DNA of 64,000 bases from Paludibacteraceae bacterium (GCA_017547145.1 JAFYQJ010000017.1:57936-121935), one strand, 5' to 3'. Shown: positions 1 through 9,839, counted from the first letter of the stretch. Numbers and translations: made by a program. Notes: generated from the letters alone by a model not told the origin.

Positions 1-2
1 TT

Positions 3-413
3 TTTAGGGCAATTGAAATTGCGAAAAAAGCCCATGATGGACAAACCGATAAATCCGGCATGCCATACATTGGACATATTATGCGTGTTATGAATGCAGG
101 AAAAACTATAGATGAAAAGATTGTAGGCGTTTTGCATGATATAGTGGAAGATACTGAATGGTCTTTTGATGCCTTATTGGAAGAAGGCTTTCCTGCTCAT
201 ATTGTAGATGCTGTAAAGTGCGTAACAAGACTTACAAATGATGAACCTTACGAGGATTTTATCCGACGTATAAAAGAAAATCGTTTGGCAACAGCAGTAA
301 AGATAAACGATCTAACTGACAATATGGATATTAGACGCCTAAAGGAAATCTCCGATAAAGATGTTAAACGACTAAAGAAATATCATCAAGTATATAAGTT
401 CTTAATAAAGTAG
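3..413 (+). CDS. HD-domain (p)ppGpp-hydrolase-like protein (RelA/SpoT-type HD domain, small alarmone hydrolase-like); 5' end cut by window edge
   Basis: Frame is open from the window start. AIEIAKKAHDGQTDKSGMPYIGH...VLHDIVEDT matches the H...HD...D metal-binding signature of RelA/SpoT hydrolase domains. Confidence 0.6.
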   Translation, partial: FRAIEIAKKAHDGQTDKSGMPYIGHIMRVMNAGKTIDEKIVGVLHDIVEDTEWSFDALLEEGFPAHIVDAVKCVTRLTNDEPYEDFIRRIKENRLATAVKINDLTDNMDIRRLKEISDKDVKRLKKYHQVYKFLIK

Positions 414-462
414 TTAGCTGAAGATAATTTTTTAAGCAATTGTAATTATTTATACGAAAATA

Positions 463-720
463 ATGGGAATAGCTATAGTAAAAGCAGTTTGTAATCAAGA
501 TTTGACTGTTGATTTGTTTTTTAATGATAACTCTCATAAAAAAATAAATATAGGCGACTTTATAAGAAAAAATCCACATCCTCAACACAACAAATACCTA
601 CAATGGAAGCATTTCAAAACTGCTACTATTGAGTACGGCAACGTTGTTTGGGGGAAAAATTGGGATTTGATATTTCCTATAGAGCAATTGTATATAGGAG
701 AAATCAAAAATATTGGTTAG
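463..720 (+). CDS. DUF2442-like small protein
   Basis: 85 aa. The pattern L.V.F.D......I......P....YL....F....IEYGNVVWGKNWDL.P..LY resembles the DUF2442 family as I remember it. Confidence 0.45.
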   Translation: MGIAIVKAVCNQDLTVDLFFNDNSHKKINIGDFIRKNPHPQHNKYLQWKHFKTATIEYGNVVWGKNWDLIFPIEQLYIGEIKNIG

Positions 721-939
721 AGTGTAAAAAAACGCTACATTTGCATTCAGCATCGGCAAGGCTCGCGCGTTTCGGACGTTATGTTTGGGGGCTACTTTGG
801 GTAGAACATCAATCCCTTGCAACGGTGGTTAGGTATTCAGAATTCGCGGAATTGAACTGCGAGCCGATGAATACTTTTTTTGTTAAATTTATATCTAAAG
901 AAAATAAATGAAAGTGAATTTAAAAATCAGTGTCTTGTA

Positions 940-1245
940 ATGTTTAACCGAGTGGTACAACAAGATGTTGTGACCTCTCACAACATTCAAGACATTATGA
1001 GTAGAAGTAAAAAACGCACACCTGTTACATGCTATGCTTGTTGCAAATCGCAAAAGCGAGGTAAACGATTTTGTAATCGAAAGTTTCGGCGCCGAGAGCA
1101 TCAGTTAATTAGTGTTGGTGATTACGAAAGACTCCCAAGGTTGACAATAGAGGTTACAGAAACTTGGGATTTGGGAGGTGATGGAAAACACTACGTTCAT
1201 GCAGATCCGCACAGTGAATTGTTTATCAAATTGATGCGGAAGTAA
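940..1245 (+). CDS. hypothetical small Lys/Arg/Cys-rich protein (start uncertain: ATG 940 or ATG 997; the track start 880 is TTG)
   Basis: ORF 880..1245. Basic Cys-containing segment SRSKKRTPVTCYACCKSQKRGKRFCNRKFRRRE. Followed by a clean intrinsic terminator at 1274-1304. No family recognised. Confidence 0.35.
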   Translation: MFNRVVQQDVVTSHNIQDIMSRSKKRTPVTCYACCKSQKRGKRFCNRKFRRREHQLISVGDYERLPRLTIEVTETWDLGGDGKHYVHADPHSELFIKLMRK

Positions 1246-1273
1246 TTGAAAAAACATGAATTTAGTAATGATT

Positions 1274-1304
1274 AAACAACGAGGGATTTTTTCGTTGTTT
1301 TTTG
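1274..1304 (+). terminator. intrinsic terminator
   Basis: 9-bp stem aaacaacga / tcgttgttt with an 8-nt loop, followed by a T-run. Confidence 0.6.
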
Positions 1305-1661
1305 TTTTTAATAAATTTTGTACTTTTGCATTGTTCTCTTGACGATGTTGCAGTAGCTGAAATAGTGCGAAATGCCCTCGTCGCCCATTGTGTACCGCTC
1401 AACAAACCGGTGGTTGTCTGTAAATCGGAGATTTGCGACAGAGAGGATTTAGAAATTTTTATTTCAGAATAATAGAGTTGGTTGTTATATTCGGTAGCAA
1501 TTGGAGCTACCCAATCACTGACAACCAATTCTTTATTTTATTTCTGCTTGTTGTAGAAGGCATTTTCAATAACCGATATAAGGTTATCTGCATTATCAAT
1601 GCTAAAATTATTTATTAGTTCAGAAAGTTTTTTTGTCAATAAAATTATTTACATTTGCATC

Positions 1662-1794
1662 ATACACACCACGCCCTGTGTTCGCGAGCCGAGATATAGT
1701 GGTTGTGCTACGGCGTTTGTAGGTTCGTGGAAGCCCCACACGATGCAGAGTAGGTGTTCTTATAATCGTTACCGTAGCGGTAACGATTCTTTTA
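1662..1794 (+). ncRNA. candidate ~130-nt small RNA of unknown family
   Basis: -7 box TACATTTG at 1650-1657, then a GC-enriched segment with no convincing ORF. It ends in an 11-bp hairpin aatcgttaccg-tag-cggtaacgatt (1764-1788) plus TTTT. The next gene is on the opposite strand. Confidence 0.3.
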
Positions 1795-1848
1795 TATAAG
1801 AAATCAAAATGTTACCGTAGTGTTTTTGTGAAGATGTATGCTGTTGTT

Positions 1849-2610
1849 TTATAATCTTCGTCTAAATTCTGAGCAGACAATTCCTGTAGCTATTGCTACG
1901 TTGAGAGATTCGGAAGTTGGTACTCCTTTGGGATAATTCGGTATAAAAAGTTTTTTTGACACATATTTTTTTGTGTCTTCGGCAATGCCGTTTCCCTCAT
2001 TCCCCATTATAATTAGCCCATTTTTTGATAAGTTTGAGGAGTAGATGTTTTCTCCTTCGAGAAATGTACCATAAATGGGAATATTTATTTTTGATGAAAA
2101 TAGTTGCTTGAAAAAAGAATCTTTTTTTGTGTAATGAACTTTTACGCGTGCCAATGCTCCCATTGTAGATTGAATGGATTTTGGATTAAACACATCGACG
2201 GTTTGTTCAGCACAAATAATGTTGCGAATGCCAAACCAATCGGCAATACGAATTATTGTGCCAATGTTACCGGGGTCTTGTATCCCATCTAGCAAGATGG
2301 TAAGGTCGTCTTTTAAATCTTGAATATCAAAAGAAAAAATTGGTTTTTTGAAAACAGCAAAAACGGGTGAGGGGGTTTTGAAAAAGGATATTTTTTTAAT
2401 TTCTTCTGAGTTCTCTACTATGATTATTTCTTCGGCGTGAACACTATTACTCAAAAGCCAATCGTTAGTAGCCACCAAAATTTTGCACTCAAAAGTTTTA
2501 AGAAGTTCTAGTACGCATTTTTCTCCCTCTGCACAAAATAATTGTTGTTCGTCCCTGTTTTTTTTAAGAAAAAGTGAGTTTATAAATTTAATCTTATTTT
2601 TAGATAGCAT
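1849..2610 (-). CDS. TrmH/SpoU-family RNA 2'-O-methyltransferase
   Basis: Motifs LLDGIQDPGNIGTIIRIADWFG, IMGNEGNGI and ESLNVAIATGI. ATG at 2610 preferred over the TTG at 2634. Confidence 0.85.
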   Translation of the reverse strand: MLSKNKIKFINSLFLKKNRDEQQLFCAEGEKCVLELLKTFECKILVATNDWLLSNSVHAEEIIIVENSEEIKKISFFKTPSPVFAVFKKPIFSFDIQDLKDDLTILLDGIQDPGNIGTIIRIADWFGIRNIICAEQTVDVFNPKSIQSTMGALARVKVHYTKKDSFFKQLFSSKINIPIYGTFLEGENIYSSNLSKNGLIIMGNEGNGIAEDTKKYVSKKLFIPNYPKGVPTSESLNVAIATGIVCSEFRRRL

Positions 2611-2802
2611 GGTTTGTTTTTTTTGAGGAGTCAAAAATAAAAAGAAATTTCGTGCTTTACAAAGAGTTGTTTTGTAAGGAAAAAATGGAATTGTTTTTGT
2701 ATAAGAAAAAGTGCGAAATTATGGTTATATTTGCATATTTGTAGTGTGTATAAATTACGAGGATTCGTGCAGAAGTTTGTTTTTAACTATCGTCTTTTGT
2801 AT

Positions 2803-5046
2803 ATGTTTGTTATGGTGCTATTTGCAACATCTTGTAGTGTTGTGAAATATGTTCCAGAGGGCGAAACGTTACTAAATAGAAATCGTATAAAAATAAATAA
2901 ACACGACAAAATTAAGGTTGATGAACTAAAACCATATTTACATCAAACGCAAAATCAAGAGGTGTTAAGCTTTATGAAAGTAAAGCTTGGTGTTTATAGT
3001 TTGTCAGGTGCAGATACTACAAAGCGTGTTAATCGATGGTTGCGAAAGATTGGAGAACCACCTGTTGTTTATGACCCTTATTTAGTGGGGCGTTCGAGAA
3101 ATGAATTGCTTCGGCAATTAGCGAATAAAGGTTATATGCGAGCAACAGTGGATACGCTAACGAAAACAAAGCGTCGGCGAACGACTGTTTTTTATAATGT
3201 ACAACTCAATGAACCTTATATTATAAATAAATACGAATTAGATTTAAGCAACGACTCCGCATTGTATTTTGTAAATAATGCACGCGATTCGTTGAAGCGA
3301 ATACAAGAAGGTGATATTTTTGATTTGGCTATGATGGACGCAGAGCGAGTGCGTATAGCCACTATTTTGCGAAATAGAGGATATTATAATTTTAATAAAG
3401 ATATGCTTTATTTTGTAGCAGATAGTTCATCGCGTGTGCGAACTATAGATTTAAAGTTGGCTTTGCATCCGATGTATGAAAAAAATGATTCTTTATCTCC
3501 TTATAATAGAAAGCGTATCCGACAAGTTACTATAGTAATGGAAGATGATCCGAATGAAATAGAAAAACAATCGGATTTTACTGATACTGTTTGTATTGAT
3601 GGCTATTCTGTAGTTTATGGAGCAAAACGTTTTATTGATGCAAAAACACTAGTTTCTAAAGTTTTTGTTACACCGGGAAGATATTTTAGTGAGTTTATGG
3701 TAACTCAAACGCATAGTGCATTAAACTTCCTTTCTCCCATAAAATATGTTGATATAGAGTTTCGGCAAGTTAATCAAGAAGAAATTGATTGTCGTATTGT
3801 GGTTAATCCTGATCGTGTACACGTGGTTTCTGCAGAGTTGGAGGGGACTAATTCTGCAGGGAATATTGGAGTTGCTGGAAGTGTGGGGTATCAACATAAA
3901 AATATATTTCGTGGAGCTGAAACTTTTAAGTTTTCGGTACGTGGCGCTTACGAAACTATGGGACATATAGGTGATGCTTTTTATAGTTCAGTAGAATTAG
4001 GAGGTAATTTAGGTTTAGATTTCCCTAAATTTTTGTTCCCATTAGGAAATCGCTTTAAGAAAAAGTTAAGAGCAACAACCGAAATTTCTTTGGGCTATAA
4101 TTATCAAAAACGTCCTCAATATTCACGGAATATAGCTAATGCCAATTTTCGTTATGTGTGGAATTCGTATCGAAAACCAAAGTTGAAATATTCTTTGGAT
4201 TTATTTGACTTTAGTTATATTTATTTGCCTTGGATAACGCAAGAATTTAAAGATAAGTATTTAAGCCCATCATCTTCGTTGCGATATAGTTATGAAGATC
4301 ATTTTATTATGCGTATAGGTTTAGGTTTGACTTATACTACTAAACGAGAAAATCGTTTACAAGATTTTTATACGTTGCGGGCGAGAGTTCGTACGGCAGG
4401 AAATTTACTCTATGGTATAAGTAATATGATAAAGCAAGAAAAGGTAGATGGAGCATATCAGATTTTTAAAATACGATATGCACAATTTGCGAAAGCTGAT
4501 TTTGATTTTGCTTATACAAAAGTATTTGGAGAACGACATCAATTAGCATTTCATACTGCTTTGGGGGTTGCTTATCCTTATGGAAATGCAGATATTTTAC
4601 CTTTTGAAGAGCGTTATTATAGCGGTGGTGCAAATAGTGTTCGTGGGTGGTCAGTTCGTACTTTAGGCCCCGGGGAATTTAAAAATACTTCGGGAGATAT
4701 AGATTTTATGCGACAATCTGGTGATATAAAGTTTGATTTAAGTTGTGAATATCGAGTAAAATTGTTTTGGTTGTTAGAAGGTGCATTGTTTGTTGATGCT
4801 GGGAATATTTGGACGATAAAAGATTATGCCGACCAACCAGGTGGAGTTTTTCGCTTTAATCAATTTTATAAACAAATAGCATGTAGTTATGGGTTAGGAC
4901 TTCGTGCTGATTTTGATTTCTTTATTTTGCGTTTCGATTTTGGCTTCAAACTTTACGACCCAGCACGCACTGCGACTGAAAAATGGCGTACGCAAATAAC
5001 AAAAGATGATTTCGCATTTCATTTTGCAATAGGATATCCATTTTAA
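2803..5046 (+). CDS. Omp85-family outer membrane protein (BamA/TamA-like, surface antigen D15 domain)
   Basis: POTRA-like N-terminal part and a C-terminal beta-barrel with ERYYSGGANSVRGW and an aromatic C-terminus (GYPF). The track start 2731 (TTG) lies inside the promoter box TATATTTG, so ATG 2803 (or GTG 2767) is more likely. Confidence 0.8.
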   Translation: MFVMVLFATSCSVVKYVPEGETLLNRNRIKINKHDKIKVDELKPYLHQTQNQEVLSFMKVKLGVYSLSGADTTKRVNRWLRKIGEPPVVYDPYLVGRSRNELLRQLANKGYMRATVDTLTKTKRRRTTVFYNVQLNEPYIINKYELDLSNDSALYFVNNARDSLKRIQEGDIFDLAMMDAERVRIATILRNRGYYNFNKDMLYFVADSSSRVRTIDLKLALHPMYEKNDSLSPYNRKRIRQVTIVMEDDPNEIEKQSDFTDTVCIDGYSVVYGAKRFIDAKTLVSKVFVTPGRYFSEFMVTQTHSALNFLSPIKYVDIEFRQVNQEEIDCRIVVNPDRVHVVSAELEGTNSAGNIGVAGSVGYQHKNIFRGAETFKFSVRGAYETMGHIGDAFYSSVELGGNLGLDFPKFLFPLGNRFKKKLRATTEISLGYNYQKRPQYSRNIANANFRYVWNSYRKPKLKYSLDLFDFSYIYLPWITQEFKDKYLSPSSSLRYSYEDHFIMRIGLGLTYTTKRENRLQDFYTLRARVRTAGNLLYGISNMIKQEKVDGAYQIFKIRYAQFAKADFDFAYTKVFGERHQLAFHTALGVAYPYGNADILPFEERYYSGGANSVRGWSVRTLGPGEFKNTSGDIDFMRQSGDIKFDLSCEYRVKLFWLLEGALFVDAGNIWTIKDYADQPGGVFRFNQFYKQIACSYGLGLRADFDFFILRFDFGFKLYDPARTATEKWRTQITKDDFAFHFAIGYPF

Positions 5047-5060
5047 TAAAATTAAATACA

Positions 5061-7235
5061 ATGAAAAAAACAGTTCTTCTATTATTAAGTTTTATAGTAT
5101 TGATTGTGAATGTTAAGGCATCACAAGATTTTTTGAAAAAAATAACATCAGGATATTATAAATCTCAAACTATAACAAATATAATACCGCTTGCCGATGC
5201 CGAGCTTTATGCACAAATAACAGATAACGGTAAGCAAATTTTAGCCTATTCGTATAAGAAAGGAGATGTATGTGATACGATAATTGATATTGAAAAAATT
5301 AAAGGATGTCCAATTGATTCTATTGAAGGGTTTTTGCTAGATTCTTTGGAGCAACGAGTGTTGTTGTATGCAAATACAGAAAAAATATATCGTCGTTCAT
5401 TTAAAGCGGATTATTATGTTTTCAATCGTAAACGTAACACATTTGATGCCCTTTCGGAAAATGGGAAACAGCAATGTGCCGTGTTTTCACCAAATGGTCG
5501 CATGGTGGCGTTTGTTCGAGAAAACAATCTTTATATAAAAAAGTTAGATTTTAATACAGAAATAGCTGTAACTAAGGATGGCGAATACGGAAAAATAATC
5601 AATGGTATTTCGGATTGGTTATACGAAGAAGAGTTCGGTAAAACACAAATGTTTTCGTGGTCGCCAGATAGTAAATTGCTTGCTTTTTTGCGTTTAGACG
5701 AATCGGATGTAAAAACATTTTCATTTCAATGGTTTGGAGGAGAACAACTTTTGGACGATGGTTATCCAGTAGCACAAACTTATAAATATCCACGTGCAGG
5801 TACAAAAAATGCAAAACCTACTTTGCATGTATATGATGTGTTTTATAAATCGACAAAGACCCTTGATTTAGGTGAGATTGATGTGTATGTTCCTAAAATA
5901 GCATGGGGTTTAACCTCTGACGTTTTGTTTGCTTTTCGTTTAAATAGAAATCAAAATCAGTTAGACATGTTTGCTTTTAACCCTCGCTCAACAGTCGGTA
6001 AAATTACTTTGACCGAACGAAGTGAAAAATATTATGTCGATTACAATAATTTAAAAGCATTTGAAGTATTGCCCAACAATCGTATTGTGTGGATGAGTGA
6101 GGCTGATGGTTATTGTCATTTGTATTTGTATAATTGGAAAAATGGGCAAAAATTACAACAAATCACTTCAGGGAAATGGGACGTGACAGACTATTATGGT
6201 ACAGATGTAGCAAATAAAGTATTTTACTATCAATCTGCAGAATCATCGCCAATAGAACGAAAAATATATAGTATAGATTTGAAAGGGAAAAAGAAATGTT
6301 TAACTACAGAATCAGGTACGCATACAGCATTATTTAATGCTAAAAATACCTATTTTATTGATGAATTTTCGTCGCTTGAGCAACCTTCTATTTATAATGT
6401 AGTAAATCCGGTTGGTGCAAAAATAAGAGTGATAAAAGATAATGCTACTTTAAGAACTGATTTTGAGCAGAACGATTTACCTGAGAAAGAGTTTTTCTCG
6501 TTTACAACAAATGATGGAGTAGAATTGAATGGTTGGATGCTGAAGCCAACTGATTTTGATCAGTCTAAAAAATATCCCGTTTTAATGGTTCAGTATAGTG
6601 GACCTGCATCGCAAGAAGTACGCAATCGTTGGTCGATAAATTGGGAATATTATTTGGCTAAAAATGGTTATATGGTAGTTTGTGTCGATGGTCGTGGAAC
6701 TGGAGCAAGAGGTGAAGCATTTCGTAAATGTACCTATCGTAATTTAGGAGAAAAAGAAGTAGATGACCAAATAGCTACAGCTCAATATATTTCAACGTTA
6801 CCATTTGTGGATGCTAGTCGTATTGGCATTTGGGGATGGAGTTATGGTGGTTATATGGTGTTGTCGTGTATGATAAATGGGGATGGTATTTTTAAAACAG
6901 GTATTGCCGTCGCTCCTGTAACTGATTGGAAACTATATGATTCTGCTTATACAGAACGATTTATGAGACGTCCACAAGAAAATTTTAAAGGGTATGAATC
7001 GAGTTCTCTTTTAGATAAAGCAAAAAATCTTAAGGGTAATTTACTACTTGTGCATGGAACAGCCGACGATAATGTGCACTTGCAGAATACCATGTTGTTT
7101 TCGGAGGAATTGATAAATGCTGGTGTACAATTTGATATGATGCTTTATCCTAACAAAAATCATAGTATATTGGGTAATGATACACGTTTGCATCTTTATA
7201 CGAAAATGTCGCAATTCTTATTTAAAAATCTTTAG
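5061..7235 (+). CDS. dipeptidyl-peptidase IV (S9B prolyl oligopeptidase family)
   Basis: Signal peptide, a long propeller-like N-domain, nucleophile elbow GWSYGG, and HGTADDNVH plus a NHS-region His of the triad. Confidence 0.9.
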   Translation: MKKTVLLLLSFIVLIVNVKASQDFLKKITSGYYKSQTITNIIPLADAELYAQITDNGKQILAYSYKKGDVCDTIIDIEKIKGCPIDSIEGFLLDSLEQRVLLYANTEKIYRRSFKADYYVFNRKRNTFDALSENGKQQCAVFSPNGRMVAFVRENNLYIKKLDFNTEIAVTKDGEYGKIINGISDWLYEEEFGKTQMFSWSPDSKLLAFLRLDESDVKTFSFQWFGGEQLLDDGYPVAQTYKYPRAGTKNAKPTLHVYDVFYKSTKTLDLGEIDVYVPKIAWGLTSDVLFAFRLNRNQNQLDMFAFNPRSTVGKITLTERSEKYYVDYNNLKAFEVLPNNRIVWMSEADGYCHLYLYNWKNGQKLQQITSGKWDVTDYYGTDVANKVFYYQSAESSPIERKIYSIDLKGKKKCLTTESGTHTALFNAKNTYFIDEFSSLEQPSIYNVVNPVGAKIRVIKDNATLRTDFEQNDLPEKEFFSFTTNDGVELNGWMLKPTDFDQSKKYPVLMVQYSGPASQEVRNRWSINWEYYLAKNGYMVVCVDGRGTGARGEAFRKCTYRNLGEKEVDDQIATAQYISTLPFVDASRIGIWGWSYGGYMVLSCMINGDGIFKTGIAVAPVTDWKLYDSAYTERFMRRPQENFKGYESSSLLDKAKNLKGNLLLVHGTADDNVHLQNTMLFSEELINAGVQFDMMLYPNKNHSILGNDTRLHLYTKMSQFLFKNL

Positions 7236-7322
7236 ATGATAACTGTGCTATTATTAAAATAAAATGTAAATTAGCGTCCGAAATTTTAAAAAACTGAATA
7301 ATTAACTAAAAAAATTAAAAAA

Positions 7323-8594
7323 ATGAGTACAAAAACAAAACAATGGGGAGCCATTATCGTGATGATTGCTCTCTTTGCAATGATTGCCTTTGTAACAAAC
7401 TTATGTTCGCCAATGGCAATTATCGTTAAAAATGATTTCGGAGCAAGCAATGTGTTGGCTCAAATTGGCAACTATGGTAACTTTATTGCTTATCTGTTGA
7501 TGGGTGTGCCAGCAGGAATGCTTATTTCTAAATTTGGTTACAAAAAGACTGCATTGATTGGCTTGGGTATTGGTATTGCAGGTATCCTTATTCAATGGTT
7601 GAGTGGACATGTAGGCAAAGAGAGTGCATTTTTGGTATACCTAATAGGTGCATTTGTTAGTGGTTTTACAATGTGTATTTTGAATTGTGTGGTAAATCCT
7701 ATGTTGAACCTTCTTGGTGGTGGTGGCAATAAAGGGAACCAATTGATACAGATTGGTGGCGTATTCAATAGTAGTGCTGCGGTGGCTGTTTATATCATTA
7801 TGGGTGCTTTGATTGGTGATGCAACAAAAGCTCACATTGCAGATGCAACTCCTGCATTGATGATTGCTCTTGCTATTTTTGTGATAGGTTTTATTACATT
7901 ATTGTTTACAAAAATTGAAGAACCAGAACAAGCTCCTGTTGATATTAGTCTTGTAAAAGGAGCTATGAAGTATCGCCATTTTGTACTTGGCGTTGTTGCA
8001 ATCTTCCTTTACATGGGAGTGGAAGTAGGTACTCCTACTTATATTTTACAATATTTAACTTCTCCTGAAATGGGTATGGATGCAAGCATTGTTGGTCTTA
8101 TCGTAGCTGTTTATTGGTTGATGATGCTCGTTGGACGTTTTGTTGGAGGTGCTATCGGTAGTAAAGTTAGTAGTAGAGCAATGATTACTACAGTATCTAT
8201 TGCTACGTTGGTGCTTGTAGCATTTGGTATGTTTGCTCCTACTAATGTAACAGTAAAAGTTCCAGGTATTGACTGGGCTAACTTAAATTTGATTTGGGCA
8301 GAAGTGCCTGTTGGAATTTTTGCATTCTTGTTGGTTGGTCTTTGTACTTCTGTAATGTGGGGAGGTATCTTTAATATGGCTGTTGAAGGTCTTGGAAAAT
8401 ACACAGCTATTGCTTCTGGTATATTTATGACAATGGTGTTTGGCTGTGCAGTAATGGTAGCAATACAAGGATATGTTGCTGATTTGACAAACTATATGAC
8501 AAGCTATTGGGTTGTGCTTTTCTGTGCTGCTTACATCTTGTTCTATGCACTTATAGGTAGCAAGAATGTGAACAAAGACAATTCTGTTGAATAA
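7323..8594 (+). CDS. MFS sugar:H+ symporter (glucose/galactose GluP / FucP family)
   Basis: About 12 hydrophobic segments with a GluP/FucP-like N-terminus. Followed immediately by a ROK sugar kinase. Confidence 0.75.
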   Translation: MSTKTKQWGAIIVMIALFAMIAFVTNLCSPMAIIVKNDFGASNVLAQIGNYGNFIAYLLMGVPAGMLISKFGYKKTALIGLGIGIAGILIQWLSGHVGKESAFLVYLIGAFVSGFTMCILNCVVNPMLNLLGGGGNKGNQLIQIGGVFNSSAAVAVYIIMGALIGDATKAHIADATPALMIALAIFVIGFITLLFTKIEEPEQAPVDISLVKGAMKYRHFVLGVVAIFLYMGVEVGTPTYILQYLTSPEMGMDASIVGLIVAVYWLMMLVGRFVGGAIGSKVSSRAMITTVSIATLVLVAFGMFAPTNVTVKVPGIDWANLNLIWAEVPVGIFAFLLVGLCTSVMWGGIFNMAVEGLGKYTAIASGIFMTMVFGCAVMVAIQGYVADLTNYMTSYWVVLFCAAYILFYALIGSKNVNKDNSVE

Positions 8595-8611
8595 CTAAAA
8601 AATATTGAAAA

Positions 8612-9571
8612 ATGGCAAAACCTTATGTAATTGGAATTGATATGGGTGGCACAAACACCGTTTTTGGTGTTGTTGATGCAAGAGGGCACATTATTGCTCG
8701 TAGTTCTATAAAAACCCAAACACACAAAGATGTAAATCTTTATGTAGATGAACTTTGTACAGAAATAAGCAAGATAATTGATTCGATAGGAGGAAAGGAT
8801 TTGATTCGTGGTATTGGTGTAGGCGCTCCAAACGGAAATTACTATACAGGTAATGTAGAGTTTGCGCCAAATCTTCCATGGAAAGATGTGATTCCTTTCT
8901 CTAAAATGATAACCGATAAAATTGGCATTCCTTGTAAGTTGACAAACGATGCTAATGCTGCGGCTGTAGGTGAAATGACTTATGGCATTGCAAAGGGAAT
9001 GAAAAACTTTATTATGATTACTTTGGGAACTGGCGTTGGTAGCGGTATTGTAATCAATGGAGAGGTGGTTTACGGACACGACGGATTTGCAGGCGAACTT
9101 GGTCATACTATTGCTATTCGCGATGGTCGTCCATGTGGTTGTGGTCGCAAGGGTTGCTTGGAGTGTTACACTTCGGCTACAGGCGTGGCTCGTACTGCTC
9201 GTGAAATTCTTGAAACTCGTTCCGATGATAGTTTGTTGCGCAGCATTCCAATAGACCAAATTGAGTCGAAAGATGTTTACAATGCAGCTGAAAAAGGAGA
9301 TGCGATTGCATTGGAAATTTTCAAAACAACGGGTACTATTTTAGGCCAATCGTTGGCAGACTTTATTGCATTTAGTGCACCTGAGGCTATTGTGCTTTTC
9401 GGTGGTTTGGCTAAAGCAGGCGATTACATTATGAAACCTGTGCGTGAAGCAATGGAAGAAAACGTACTTCGCTTATGGAAAGGTAAAGTGAAATTATTGT
9501 TCTCGTCGCTTAAAGAAGCAGATGCTGCAGTACTTGGGGCAAGTGCTTTGGGTTGGGAAGTAGAAGAATAA
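8612..9571 (+). CDS. ROK-family sugar kinase (glucokinase-like)
   Basis: GIDMGGTNT phosphate-1 motif and the ROK zinc motif GHTIAIRDGRPCGCGRKGCLE. Confidence 0.85.
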   Translation: MAKPYVIGIDMGGTNTVFGVVDARGHIIARSSIKTQTHKDVNLYVDELCTEISKIIDSIGGKDLIRGIGVGAPNGNYYTGNVEFAPNLPWKDVIPFSKMITDKIGIPCKLTNDANAAAVGEMTYGIAKGMKNFIMITLGTGVGSGIVINGEVVYGHDGFAGELGHTIAIRDGRPCGCGRKGCLECYTSATGVARTAREILETRSDDSLLRSIPIDQIESKDVYNAAEKGDAIALEIFKTTGTILGQSLADFIAFSAPEAIVLFGGLAKAGDYIMKPVREAMEENVLRLWKGKVKLLFSSLKEADAAVLGASALGWEVEE

Positions 9572-9596
9572 AAATTGTACAATAATCAAATGGAAA

Positions 9597-9628
9597 AAGA
9601 GTCGTTTTTTTTACGGCTCTTTTTTTTA
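9597..9628 (+). terminator. intrinsic terminator after the ROK kinase
   Basis: Stem aagagtcgt / acggctctt (one G-U pair), T7 loop, then a T-run. Confidence 0.6.
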
Positions 9629-9753
9629 TCGGTATTTATTCTTGATAATTTGTTGCAAAAAAAAGGCGACACTCTTTCGAATCTCGCTTTTTTAAATGTT
9701 ATAAACATATTGATATAGAATTTTTATTTTGTAGTTTTGTTGGTGCATACAAA

Positions 9754-9839
9754 GAAAAAAATACTCCCACGGAGTACGCAGGAGTTAGAAATCTTCGGCT
9801 TATAGCCTTATTGTGAAAAGTCTTTCACCAAGTATCTTT
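9754..9839 (-). ncRNA. predicted tracrRNA of the type II-C system
   Basis: The minus-strand RNA begins AAAGAUACUUGGUGAAAGACUUUUCACAAU. This pairs in about 25 bp, in three blocks with bulges, with the minus-orientation repeat GUUGUGAAUUGCUUUCAAAAUUGUAUCUUUG. It continues with UAAGGCUAUAAGCC (nexus-like hairpin) and the terminator ACUCC-GUG-GGAGU plus a U-tract (A then U7). Upstream are a -7 box TACCTTTG (9851->9844) and a -33 TTTG (9873->9870, 18-nt spacing). Confidence 0.65.

Noticed and set aside
1662-1794. Identity as SRP (4.5S) RNA, because of a GGAAGC stretch
   Set aside because: The conserved domain IV pattern (tetraloop followed by GGAAGCAGCC-type symmetric loop) is not present, and the ends do not form the long SRP helix.
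8543-9259. Long antisense ORFs inside well-supported genes. Examples: 8543-9259 opposite the ROK kinase, 13098-13541 opposite cas9, 49059-49466 opposite metY, and the many 60-116-aa ORFs opposite sprA.
   Set aside because: These are shadow ORFs with skewed, unprotein-like composition (Cys/Ser/Thr/His-rich) that fully overlap genes carrying strong motif evidence.
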